Positions 1 to 13,500 of a DNA stretch of 64,000 bases are shown piece by piece. The position numbers and the translations under genes are program-made. The stretch's first letter is position 1. Each line of letters starts with the position of its first letter. Source of the stretch: the human T2T-CHM13v2.0 reference genome, Homo sapiens; the NCBI RefSeq assembly GCF_009914755.1, contig NC_060933.1. One strand, 5' to 3'. The notes beneath the pieces were generated by a model that was given only the letters and a program-made list of their open reading frames with translations, did not search any database and was not told where the DNA came from.

Positions 1-340
1 TAATTCCATTCCATTCCATTCCATTCCATTCCATTCCATTACAATGTAGTTGATTCCATTCCATTCCATTCCATTCCATTCCATTCCAGTCCTTTCCATT
101 CCGTTCCACTCGGGTTGATTCCATTCTATTAGTTTCCATTCCATTCCATTCCCTTCCATTCCAATCTGGTTGATTCCATTCCTTTCCATTCCACTCGAAT
201 ACATTCCCTCCTGTTCCACTCAGAACGATTCCATTCCATTCCATTCCATTCCATTCCATTCCATTCCATTCCAGTTCGTTCCATTCCATTCTATTCCGTA
301 GCATTCTATTCCATTCCATTCCTTTCCATTCCATTCCATT

Positions 341-500
341 CCACTCGTGGTGATTCCATTCCTTTCCATTCCATTCGGTTTGAAGGCATTCCATTCCATT
401 CCATTCCATTCCATTCCATTCCATTCCATTCCACTCGTGTTGATTCCATTCCTTTCCATTCCATTCGGTTTGAAGGCATTCCATTCCATTCCATTCCATT
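341..500 (+). repeat. 90-bp tandem duplication carrying the gaaggc variant
   Basis: ccactcgtg(g/t)tgattccattcctttccattccattcggtttgaaggcatt at 341 and 431. Confidence 0.8.
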
Positions 501-1150
501 CCATTGTACTCGGGTTGATTCCATTCCATTGCATTCCATCCCATTCCATTCCGTTCCAATCCGTTGCATTCCATTCCATTACATTCGGATTGATTCTATT
601 CAACTCCCTTACTCTCCATTACATTCCATTCCATTCGGGTTGTTCCATTCCATTCCATTCCATTCCACTCCATTCCATGGCACTCGGGTTGATTCCATTC
701 CTTTCCATTCCATTCCATTCCATTCCGGATGATTCCATTCCATTGCATTCCGTTCCATTATTTTCCCCTGCACTCGCGTTGATTCCATTCCATTCCATTC
801 CATTCCATTCCATTCCATTCAATTCCATTCCATTACAATTCGTTCCATTCCATTCTATTCCGTACCATTCCATTCCATTCCATACCATTCAATTCTTTCC
901 ATTCCATTCCATTCCATTCCATTCCATTCCATTTCGTTCCATTCCGTTCCATTCCAATCCATTCCATTCTATTCGGGTTAATTCCATTCCATTCCATTCC
1001 ATTCCATTCCATTCCATTCCATTCCAATCTATTCCATTCCATTGCAATCGAGTTGAATCCATTGCATTTCATTCCATTCCATTCCATTCCATTCCATTGC
1101 AATCGAGTTGAATCCATTGCATTTCATTCCATTCCATTCCATTCCATTCC

Positions 1151-1165
1151 ATTCCGGAAGATTCC
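1151..1165. promoter_or_regulatory. Perfect three-unit heat-shock element (nTTCn-nGAAn-nTTCn)
   Basis: attcc-ggaag-attcc matches the canonical HSF1 trimer site. Binding is inferred, not shown. Confidence 0.5.
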
Positions 1166-2100
1166 ATTCCATTGCATTCCATTCCATTCCATTCCCCTGC
1201 ACTCGAGTTGATTCCATTCCATTCCATTCCATTCCATTCCATTCCGTTCCGTTCCGTTCCGTTCCATTTCATTCCATTCCATTCCATTCCATTCCGTTCC
1301 GTTCCATTCCATTCCATTCCATTCCATTCCATTCCATTTCCTTCCATTCCATTCCATTCCATTCCATTCCATTCCATACCATTCCATTCCATTCCATTTC
1401 CTTCCATTCCATTCCATTCCATTCCATTCCATTCCATTCCATTCCATTCTATTAGGGTTAATTCCATTCCATTCCATTCCATTCCATTCCATTCCATGCC
1501 ATTCCACTCGGGTTGATTCCATTCCTTTCCATTCCATTCGAGTTGAATCCATTCCATTCCATTCTATTCCATTCCATTCCTTTCCATTCCATTCAATTCC
1601 ATTCTATTCCGGTTAATTCCATTCCATTCCATTCCATTCCATTCCATTCCATTTCATTGCAATCGAGTTGATTCCATTGCATTCCATTCCATTCCATTCC
1701 AGTCCTTTCCATTCCATTCCACTCGGGTTGATTCCATTCTATTCCTTTCCATTCCATTCGATTGCATTCCATTCCACTCGATTCCATTCCATCCCACTAT
1801 GGTTGATTCCATTCCTTTTCATTCCACTCGAAAACATTCCCTTCTATTCCACTCGGAATGATTCCATTCCATTCCATTCCATTCCATTCCATTTCGTTCC
1901 ATTACATTCTATTCTGTACCATTCCACTCCATTCCCTTCCATTCCATTCCATTCCATTGCACTCGGGTTGATTCCATTCCATTCCATTGCGTTCCATTCC
2001 GGATGACTCCATTCCATTGCATTCCATTCCATTCCATTCCCCTGCACTCGGTTTCATTACATTCCATTCCATTCACTTCCATTCCATTCCATTCTATTCC

Positions 2101-2280
2101 ATTCCATTCCATTCCATTCCATTCCATTCCATTCCATTCCATTCCATTTCAATCGAGTTGATTCCATTCCATTCCATTCCATTCCATTCCATTCCATTCC
2201 ATTCCATTTCAATCGAGTTGATTCCATTCCATTCCATTCCATTCCATTCCATTCCATTCCATTCCATTTCAATCGAGTTG
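2101..2280 (+). repeat. Perfect 3 x 60-bp tandem repeat
   Basis: 2101-2160, 2161-2220 and 2221-2280 are identical: (attcc)9 atttc aatcgagttg. Confidence 0.9.
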
Positions 2281-2319
2281 ATTCCATTCCATTCCATTCC
2301 ATTCCATTCCATTCCATTC

Positions 2320-5300
2320 AATTCCGAATGGTGTCATTCCATTGCCTTCCATTCCATTCCATTCCCCTGCACTCGGGTTGATTCCATTCCATTCCATTCC
2401 ATTCCATTCCATTCCATTCCATTCCATTCCATTTCGTTCCATTCCATTCTATTCCGTACCATTCCATTCCATTCCGTTCCATTCCATTCCATTCCATTCC
2501 ATTCCATTTCCTTCCATTTCTTTCCATTCCATTCCATTCCATTCCATTCCATTCCATTCTATTAGGGTTAATTCCATTCCATTCCATTCCATTCCATTCC
2601 ATGCCATTCCACTCGGGTTGATTCCATTCCTTTCCATTCCATTCGAGTTGAATCCATTCCATTCCATTCCATTCCATTCCATTCCATTGCACACGGGTTC
2701 ATTTCATTCCATTCCATTCCATTCCATTTCGTTCCATTCCATTCTATTCCATACCATTCCATTCCATTCCATTCCATTAGACTCCATTCCATGCCATTCC
2801 ACTCGGTTTTATTCCATTCGTTTCCATTCCATTCGGGTTGAATCCATTGCATTCCATTCCATTCGATTCCATTACATTGCACTCGTGTTGTTTCCATTCC
2901 ATTCCATTCCATTCCATTCCATTCCATTCCATTCCATGCCATTCCACTCGGGTTGATTTCATTCCATTCCGTTCCATTCGAGTCGAACCCATTCCATTCC
3001 ATTCCATTCCATTCCATTCCATTCCAATCCATTGCACACGGGTTCATTCCATTCCATTCCATTCCATTCCATTCCATTTCGTTCCATTCCATTCTATTCG
3101 GTACCATTCCATTCCATTCCATTCGGTACCATTCCATTCCATTCCATTCCAATCCATTCCATTCCATGCCATTCCACTTGGGTTGATTCCCTTAATTTCC
3201 ATTCCATTCGGGTTGAATCCATTCCATTCCATTCCATTCCATTCCATTCCATTCCTTTAAATTCCATTGCACACGGGTTGGTTCCATTCCATTCCTTTCC
3301 GTTCCATTCCGGATGACTCCAGTCCATTGCATTCCATTCCATTCCATTCCCCTGCACTCGGGTTCACTACCTTCCGTTCCATTTACTTCCATTCCATTCC
3401 ATTCCATTCTATTCGGGTTAATTCCATTCCATTCCATTCCATTCCATTCCATTCCATTACATTCCATTCCATTCCATTCCATTCCATTGCAATCGAGTTG
3501 ATTCCATTCCATTCCATTCAATTCCGGATGATTCCATTCCATTGCCTTCAATTCCATTCCATTCCCCTGCACTCGGGTTGATTCCATTCCATTCCATTCC
3601 ATTCCACTCCATTCCATTCCATTTCATTCCATTCCATTTCGTTCCTTTCCATTCTATTCCGTACCATTCCATTCCATTCCATTCCATTCCATTCCATTCC
3701 ATGCCATTCCACTCGGGTTGATTCCATTCCTTTCCATTCCATTCGAGTTGAATCCATTCCAATCCATTCCATTCCATTCGATTCCATTCCATTGCACACG
3801 GGTTCATTCCATTCCATTCCATTCCATTCCATTCCATTCCATTCCATTCCATTCCATTCCATTTCGTTCCATTCCATTATATTCCGTACCATTCCATTCC
3901 ATTCCATTCCATTCCATTCCACTCCACTCCATGCCATTCCACTCGGGTTTATTCCATTCCTTTCCATTCCATTCGGGTTGAATCCATTCCATTCCATTCC
4001 ATTCCATTCGATTCCATTACATTGCACTCGGAATGATTCCATTCCATTCCATTCAATTCCATTCCACTCCATTCCATGGCATTCCACGCTGGTTTATTCC
4101 ATTCCTTTCCATTCCATTCGTGTTGAATCCATTCCATTCCATTCCATTCCATTCGATTCCATTACACTGCACTCGGGTTGATTCCATTCCATTCCATTCC
4201 ATTCCATTTCATTCCATTCCATTCCATTCTATTCCATTACACTGCACTCGGGTTGATTCCATTCCATTCCATTCCATTCCATTTCATTCCATTCCATTCC
4301 ATTCCATTCCATTCCATGCCATTCCACTCGTGTTGATTCCATTCCTTTGCATTCCATTCGTGTTGAACCCATTCCATTCCATTCCATTCCATTGCACGCG
4401 GGTTCATTCCATTCCATTCCATTCCATTCCATTCCATTCCATTCCGTTCCATTCCATTCCATTCCATTCCACTCCATTCCATTTCGTTCCATTCCATTCT
4501 ATTCTGTACCATTCCATTCCATTCCATTCCACTCCATTCCATGCCATTCCACTCGGGTTTATTCCATTCCTTTTCATTCCCTTTGGGTTGAATCCATTCC
4601 ATTCCATTCCATTCCTTTCGATTCCATTATATTGCACACGGGTTGATTCCATTCCATTCCATTCCGTTCCATTCAGGATGACTCCATTCCATTGCATTCC
4701 ATTCCATTCCATTCCCCTGCACTCGGGTTCATTACATTCCATTCCATTCCCATCCACTCCATTCCATTCCATTCCATTCCATTTCAATCGAGTTGATTCC
4801 ATTCCATTCCATTCCATTCCATTCCATTCAATTCCGGATGATTCCATTCCATTGCCTTCCATTCCACTCCATTCCCCTGCACTCGGGTTGATTCCATTCC
4901 ATTCCATTCCATTCCATTCCATTCCATTCCATTCCATTTCGTTCCATTCCATTCTATTCCGTACCATTCCATTCCATTCCATTCCATTCCATTCCATTCC
5001 ATTCCATTCCATTTCCTTCCATTCCATTCCATTCCATTCCATTCCATTCCATTCCATTCCATTCTATTAGGGTTAATTCCATTCCATTCCATTCCATTCC
5101 ATTCCATGCCATTCCACTCGGGTTGATTCCATTCCTTTCCATTCCATTCGAGTTGAATCCATTCCATTCCATTCCATTCCATTCCATTCCATTCCATTGC
5201 ACACGGGTTCATTTCATTGCATTCCATTCCATTCCATTTCGTTCCATTCCATTCTATTCCATACCATTCCATTCCATTCCATTCCATTAGACTCCATTCC

Positions 5301-7330
5301 ATGCCATTCCACTCGGTTTTATTCCATTCGTTTCCATTCCATTCGGGTTGAATCCATTGCATTCCATTCCATTCGATTCCATTACATTGCACTCGTGTTG
5401 TTTCCATTCCATTCCATTCCATTCCATTCCATTCCATTCCATGCCATTCCACTCGTGTTGATTTCATTCCATTCCATTCCATTCGAGTCGAACCCATTCC
5501 ATTCCATTCCATTCCATTCCATTCCATTCCAATCCATTGCACACGGGTTCATTACATTCCATTCGATTCCATTCCATTCCATTCCATTTCGTTCCATTCC
5601 ATTCTATTCGGTACCATTCCATTCCATTCCATTCGGTACCATTCCATTCCATTCCATTCCAATCCATTCCATTCCATGCCATTCCACTTGGGTTGATTCC
5701 CTTCCTTTCCATTCCATTCGTATTGAATCCATTCCATTCCATTCCATTCCATTCCATTCCATTCCATTCCATTCCTTTCAATTCCATTGCACACGGGTTG
5801 GTTCCATTCCATTCCTTTCCGTTCCATTGCGGATGACTCCATTCCATTGCATTCCATTCCATTCCATTCCCCTGCACTCGGGTTCATTACCTTCCGTTCC
5901 ATTTACTTCCATTCCATTCCATTCCATTCTATTCGGGTTAATTCCATTCCATTCCATTCCATTCCATTCCATTCCATTCCATTCCATTCCATTCCATTGC
6001 AATCGAGTTGATTCCATTCCATTCCATTCAATTCCGGATGATTCCATTCCATTGCCTTCAATTCCATTCCATTCCCCTGCACTCGGGTTGATTCCATTCC
6101 ATTCCATTCCATTCCACTCCATTCCATTCCATTTCATTCCATTCCATTTCGTTCCTTTCCATTCTATTCCGTACCATTCCATTCCATTCCATTCCATTCC
6201 ATTCCATTCCATTCCATGCCATTCCACTCGGGTTGATTCCATTCCTTTCCATTCCATTCGAGTTGAATCCATTCCAATCCATTCCATTCCATTCGATTCC
6301 ATTCCATTGCACACGGGTTCATTCCATTCCATTCCATTCCTTTCCATTCCATTCCATTCCATTTCGTTCCATTCCATTATATTCCGTACCATTCCATTCC
6401 GTTCCATTCCATTCCATTCCACTCCACTCCATACCATTCCACTCGGGTTTATTCCATTCCTTTCCATTCCATTCGGGTTGAATCCATTCCATTCCATTCC
6501 ATTCCATTCGATTCCATTACATTGCACTCGGGTTGATTCCATTCCATTCCATTCCATTCCATTCCACTCCATTCCATGCCATTCCACGCGGGTTTATTCC
6601 ATTCCTTTCCATTCCATTCGTGTTGAATCCATTCCATTCCATTCCATTCCATTCGATTCCATTACACTGCACTCGGGTTGATTCCATTCCATTCCATTCC
6701 ATTCCATTTCATTCCATTCCATTCCATTCCATTCCATTCCATTCCATGCCATTCCACTCGTGTTGATTCCATTCCTTTGCATTCCATTCGTGTTGAACCC
6801 ATTCCATTCCATTCCATTCCATTGCACACGGGTTCATTCCATTCCATTCCATTCCATTCCATTCCATTCCATTCCATTCCGTTCCATTCCATTCCATTCC
6901 ATTCCATTCCATTCCATTTCGTTCCATTCCATTCTATTCTGTACCATTCCATTCCATTCCATTCCACTCCATTCCATGCCATTCCACTCGGGTTTATTCC
7001 ATTCCTTTTCATTCCATTTGGGTTGAATCCATTCCATTCCATTCCATTCCTTTCGATTCCATTATATTGCACACGGGTTGATTCCATTCCATTCCATTCC
7101 ATTCCATTCAGGATGACTCCATTCCATTGCATTCCATTCCATTCCATTCCCCTGCACTCGGGTTCATTACATTCCATTCCATTCCCATCCACTCCATTCC
7201 ATTCCATTCCATTCCATTTCAATCGAGTTGATTCCATTCCATTCCATTCCATTCCATTCAATTCCGGATGATTCCATTCCATTGACTTCCATTCCACTCC
7301 ATTCCCCTGCACTCGGGTTGATTCCATTCC
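2320..7330 (+). repeat. Tandem duplication of ~2.5-kb module X
   Basis: attagggtta 2561/5066; attagactcc 2777/5287 (offset 2510); gtcgaaccc 2982/5487; caggatgact 4674/7109 (offset 2435 after pentamer-number changes). Confidence 0.85.
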
Positions 7331-7799
7331 ATTCCATTCCATTCCATTCCATTCCATTCCATTCCATTCCATTCCATTACGTTCCATTCCACTCTATTCC
7401 GTACCATTCCATTCCATTCCTTTCCATTCCAATCCATGCTATTCCACTCGGGTTGATTCCATTCCTTTCCATTCCATTCGAGTTGAATCCATTCCATTCC
7501 ATTCCATTCCATTCGATTCCATTCCATTGCACACGGGTTCATTCCATTCCATTCCATTCCATTCCATTCCATTCCATTCCATTCCATTTAGTTCCATTCC
7601 ATTCTATTCCATACCATTCCATTCCATTCCATTCCATTCCACTCCATTCCATGCTATTCCTCTCGGGTTTATTCCATTCCTTTCCATTCCATTCGGATTG
7701 AATCCATTCCTTTCCATTCAATTCCATTCCACTCGATTCCATTACATTGCACTCGTGTTGTTTCCATTCCATTCCATTCCATTCCATTTCATTCCATTC

Positions 7800-8895
7800 C
7801 ATTCCATTCCATTCCATTCCATTCCATTCCATTCCATTCCATGCCATTCCACTCGGGTTGATTCCATTCCTTTCCATTCCATTCGAGTTGAAACCATTCC
7901 ATTCCATTCCATTCCATTCTATTCCATTCCATTCCATTCCATTCCAATCCATTGCACACGGGTTCATTCCATTCCATTCCATTCCATTCCATTCCATTCC
8001 ATTCCATTCCATTTTGTTCCATTCCATTCTATTCCGTACCATTCCATTCCATTCCATTCCATTCCATTCCATGCCATTCCACTCGGTTTTTTCCATTCCT
8101 TTCCATTCCATTCGGGTTGAATCCATTCCTTTCCATTCCATTCCGTTCAATTCCATTCCATTGCACTCGGGTTGATTCCATTCCATTCCATGCCATTCCA
8201 TTTCATTCCGTTCCATTCCATTCCATTACATTCGGATTGATTCTTTTCAATTCCCTTACACTCCATTACATTCCATTCCATTCGGGTAGTTTCCGTTCCA
8301 TTCCATTCCATTCCACTCCATTTCATTGCACTCGGGTTGATAGATTCCATTCCATTGCATTCCATTCCATTCCATTCCATTCCATTCCATTCCATTCCAT
8401 TCCATTCCATGCCATTCCACTCGGGTTGATTCCATTCCTTTCCATTCCATTCGAGTTGAAACCATTCCATTCCATTCCATTCCATTCTATTCCATTCCAT
8501 TCCAATCCATTGCACACGGGTTCATTCCATTCCTTTCCATTCCATTCCATTCCATTCCATTTCGTTCCATTCCATTCTATTCCGTACCATTCCATTCCAT
8601 TCCATTCCATTCCATTCCATGCCATTCCACTCGGTTTTTTCCATTCCTTTCCATTCCATTCGGGTTGAATCCATTCCTTTCCATTCCATTCCGTTCAATT
8701 CCATTCCATTGCACTCGGGTTGATTCCATTCCATTCCATGCCATTCCATTTCATTCCGTTCCATTCCATTCCATTACATTCGGATTGATTCTTTTCAATT
8801 CCCTTACACTCCATTACATTCCATTCCATTCGGGTAGTTTCCGTTCCATTCCATTCCATTCCACTCCATTGCATTGCACTCGGGTTGATAGATTC
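7800..8895 (+). repeat. 548-bp tandem duplication in module Y
   Basis: cggtttttt at 8084/8632; cgggtagttt at 8283/8831. Confidence 0.85.
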
Positions 8896-10599
8896 CATTC
8901 CATTGCATTCCATTCCATTCCATTCCATTCCGGATGAATCCATTCCATTGCATTCCATTCCATTCCATTCCCCTGCACTCGGGTTGATTCCATTCCATTG
9001 CATTCCATTCCATTCCGTTCCATTCCATTCCATTCCATTCCATTCTGTTCAGGTTAATTCCATTCCATTCCATTCCATTCCATTCCAGTCCAGTCCATTC
9101 CATTCCATTCCATTGCAATCGAGTTGTTTCCATTGCATTCCATTCCATTCCATTCCATTCCATTGCATTCCATTGCATTCCATTCCCCTGCACTCAGGTT
9201 GATTCCATTCCATTCCATTCCATTCCATTCCATTCCATTCCGGATGATTCCATTCCATTGCCTTCCATTCCACTCCATTCCCCTGCACTCGGGTTGATTC
9301 CATTCCATTCCATTCTATTCCATTCCATTCCATTCCATTCCATTCCATTTCGTTCCATTCCACTCTATTGCGTACCATTCCATTCCATTCCTTTCCATTC
9401 CAATCCATGCTATTCCACTCGGGTTGATTCCATTCCTTTCCATTCCATTCGAGTTGAATCCATTCCATTCCATTCCATTCCATTCGATTCCATTCCATTG
9501 CACACGTGTTCATTCCATTCCATTCCATTCCATTCAATTCCATTTAGTTCCATTCCATTCTATTCCATACCATTCCATTCCATTCCATTCCATTCCACTC
9601 CATTCCATGCTATTCCTCTCGGGTTTATTCCATTCCTTTCCATTCCATTCGGGTTGAATCCATTCCATTCCATTTAATTCCATTCCACTCGATTCCATTA
9701 CTTTGCACTCGTGTTGTTTCCATTCCATTCCATTCCATTCCATTTCATTCTATTCCATTCCATTCCATTCCATTCCATTCCATTCCATGCCATTCCACTC
9801 GGGTTGATTCCATTCCTTTCCATTCCATTCGAGTTGAAACCATTCCATTCCATTCCATTCCATTCCATTCCATTCCATTCCAATCCATTGCACACGGGTT
9901 CATTCCATTCCATTCCATTCCATTCCATTCCATTCCATTCCATTCCATTTCTTTCCATTCCATTCTATTCCTTACCATTCCATTCCATTCCATTCCATTC
10001 CATGCCATTCCACTCGGGTTTATTCCATTCCTTTCCATTCCATTCGGGTTGAATCCATTCCTTTCCATTCCATTCCGTTCAATTCCAATCCATTGCACTC
10101 GGGTTGATTCCATTCCATTCCATGCCATTCCATTTCATTCCGTTCCATTCCATTCCATTACATTCGGATTGATTCTTTTCAATTCCCTTACACTTCATTA
10201 CATTCCATTCCATTCGGGTAGTTTCCGTTCCATTCCATTCCATTCCACTCCATTGCATTGCACTCGGGTTGATTGATTCCATTCCATTGCATTCCATTCC
10301 ATTCCATTCCATTCCGGATGAATCCATTCCATTGCATTCCATTCCATTCCATTCCCCTGCACTCGGGTTGATTCCATTCCATTCCATTCCATTCCATTCC
10401 GTTCCATTCCATTCCATTCCATTCCATTCTGTTCAGGTTAATTCCATTCCATTCCATTCCATTCCATTCCATTGCAATCGAGTTGTTTCCATTGCATTCC
10501 ATTCCATTCCATTCCATTGCATTCCATTGCATTCCATTCCCCTGCACTCAGGTTGATTCCATTCCATTCCATTCCATTCCATTCCATTCCATTCCATTC

Positions 10600-13500
10600 T
10601 ATTCGCGTTAATTCCATTCCATTCCATTCCATTACATTCCATTGCAATCGACTTGATTCCATTCCATTCCATTCCATTCCATTCCATTCAATTCAAGTCC
10701 TTTCCATTCCATTCCACTCGTGTTTATTCCATTTTATTAGTTTCCATTCCAATCCTTTCCCTTCCATTCCACTCTGGTTGATTCCATTCCTTTCCATTCC
10801 ACTCGAATTCATTCCCTTCTATTCCACTCGGAATGATTCCATTCCATTCCGTTCCATTCCATTCCATTCGATTCCATTTCCTACCATTGCATTCTATTCC
10901 GTACCATTCCATTCCATTCCATTCCATGCCATTCCACTCTGGTTGATTCCATTGCTTTCCATTCCATTTGGGTTGAATCCATTCCATTCCATTCCATTCC
11001 ATTCCATTCCATTCCGTTCCATTCAGTTCCATTACATTCGGATTGATTCTTTTTAATTCCCTCAGACTCCATTACATTCCATTCCATTTGGGTACTTTCC
11101 ATTCCATTCCATTCCACTGCATTATATTGCACTCGGGTTTATTGATTCCATTCCATTGCATTCCATTCCATTCCATTCCATTCCGGATGATTCCATTCCA
11201 TTGCATTCCATTCTATTCCATTCCCCTGCACTCGGGTTGATTCCATTCCATTCCATTCCATTCCATTCCATTCCGTTCCGTTCCATTCCATTCCATTCCT
11301 TTCTGTTCAGGTTAATTCCATTCCATTCCATTCCCTTCCATTCCATTCCATTCCATTCCATTGCAATCGAATTGATTCCATTGCATTCCATTTCATTCCA
11401 TTCCATTGCATTCCATTCCATTCCTATCTCCTGCCCTCAGGTTGATTCCATTCCATTCCATTCCATTCGATTCCATTCTATTCCATTCCATTCTATTCGC
11501 GGTAATTCCATTCCATTCCATTCCATTACCTTCCATTGCAATCGAGTTGATTCCATTCCATTCCGTTCCTTTCCATTCCATTCCATTCAAGTCCTTTCCA
11601 TTCCATTCCAGTCGTGTTGATTCCATTTTATTAGTTTCCATTCCATTCCATTCCCTTCCATTCCAATCTGGTTGATTCCATTCCTTTCCATTCCACTCGA
11701 ATACATTCCCTTCTATTCCACTCGGAATGATTCCATTCCATTCCGTTCCATTCCATTCCATTCCATTCCATTTCTTTCCATTCCATTCTATTCCGTACCA
11801 TTCCATTCCATTCCATTCCATTCCATTCCATTCCATTCCATTCCATTCCATTCCATGCCATTCCACTCGGGTTGTTTCCATTGCTTTCCATTCCATTTGG
11901 GTTGAATCCATTCCATTCCATTCCATTCCATTCCATTCCATTCCATTCCATTCAATTGCACTAGGTTTGATTCCATTCCACTGCATTCCATTCCATTCCA
12001 TTTCATTCCATTCCACTCCATTCCATTCCATTCCCCCGCACTCGGGTTCATTCCATTCCATTGCATTTACTTCCATTCCATTCCATTCCATTCCATTCCA
12101 TTCCATTAGACTCCATTCCATGCCATTCCACTCGGTTTTATTCCATTCGTTTCCATTCCATTCGGGTTGAATCCATTGCATTCCATTCCATTCGATTCCA
12201 TTACATTGCACTCGTGTTGTTTCCATTCCATTCCATTCCATTCCATTCCATTCCATTCCATTCCATGCCATTCCACTCGGGTTGATTTCATTCCATTCCG
12301 TTCCATTCGAGTCGAACCCATTCCATTCCATTCCATTCCATTCCATTCCATTCCATTCCAATCCATTGCACACGGGTTCATTCCATTCCATTCCATTCCA
12401 TTCCATTCCATTCCATTTCGTTCCATTCCATTCTATTCGGTACCATTCCATTCCATTCCATTCGGTACCATTCCATTCCATTCCATTCCAATCCATTCCA
12501 TTCCATGCCATTCCACTTGGGTTGATTCCCTTCCTTTCCATTCCATTCGGGTTGAATCCATTCCATTCCATTCCATTCCATTCCATTCCATTCCATTCCA
12601 TTCCATTCCTTTCAATTCCATTGCACACGGGTTGGTTCCATTCCATTCCTTTCCGTTCCATTCCGGATGACTCCATTCCATTGCATTCCATTCCATTCCA
12701 TTCCCCTGCACTCGGGTTCATTACCTTCCATTCCATTTACTTCCATTCCATTCCATTCCATTCTATTCGGGTTAATTCCATTCCATTCCATTCTATTCAA
12801 TTCCATTCCATTCCATTCCATTCCATTCCATTCCATTCCATTGCAATCGAGTTGATTCCATTCCATTCCATTCAATTCCGGATGATTCCATTCCATTGCC
12901 TTCAATTCCATTCCATTCCCCTGCACTCGGGTTGATTCCATTCCATTCCATTCCATTCCATTCCATTCCATTCCATTCCATTTCATTCCATTCCATTTCG
13001 TTCCTTTCCATTCTATTCCGTACCATTCCATTCCATTCCATTCCATTCCATTCCATTCCATTCCATTCCATGCCATTCCACTCGGGTTGATTCCATTCCT
13101 TTCCATTCCATTCGAATTGAATCCATTCCAATCCATTCCATTCCATTCGATTCCATTCCATTGCACACGGGTTCATTCCATTCCATTCCATTCCATTCCA
13201 TTCCATTCCATTCCATTCCATTCCATTTCGTTCCATTCCATTATATTCCGTACCATTCCATTCCATTCCATTCCATTCCATTCCACTCCACTCCATGCCA
13301 TTCCACTCGGGTTTATTCCATTCCTTTCCATTCCATTCGGGTTGAATCCATTCCATTCCATTCCATTCCATTCGATTCCATTACATTGCACTCGGGTTGA
13401 TTCCATTCCATTCCATTCCATTCCATTCCACTCCATTCCATGCCATTCCACGCGGGTTTATTCCATTCCTTTCCATTCCATTCGTGTTGAATCCATTCCA

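Larger units (their letters stand above)
1..1270 (+). repeat. Satellite sub-domain 'dialect B', + orientation
   Basis: Variants caactccctt (601), cggtttgaaggc (376, 466), attccggaagattcc (1151), ccctcc...aacgatt (206-230), cattacaatt (831) and gttcc runs (1246-1265). I did not see these in 1.3-47.9 kb, but they recur as reverse complements after 48 kb. Confidence 0.8.
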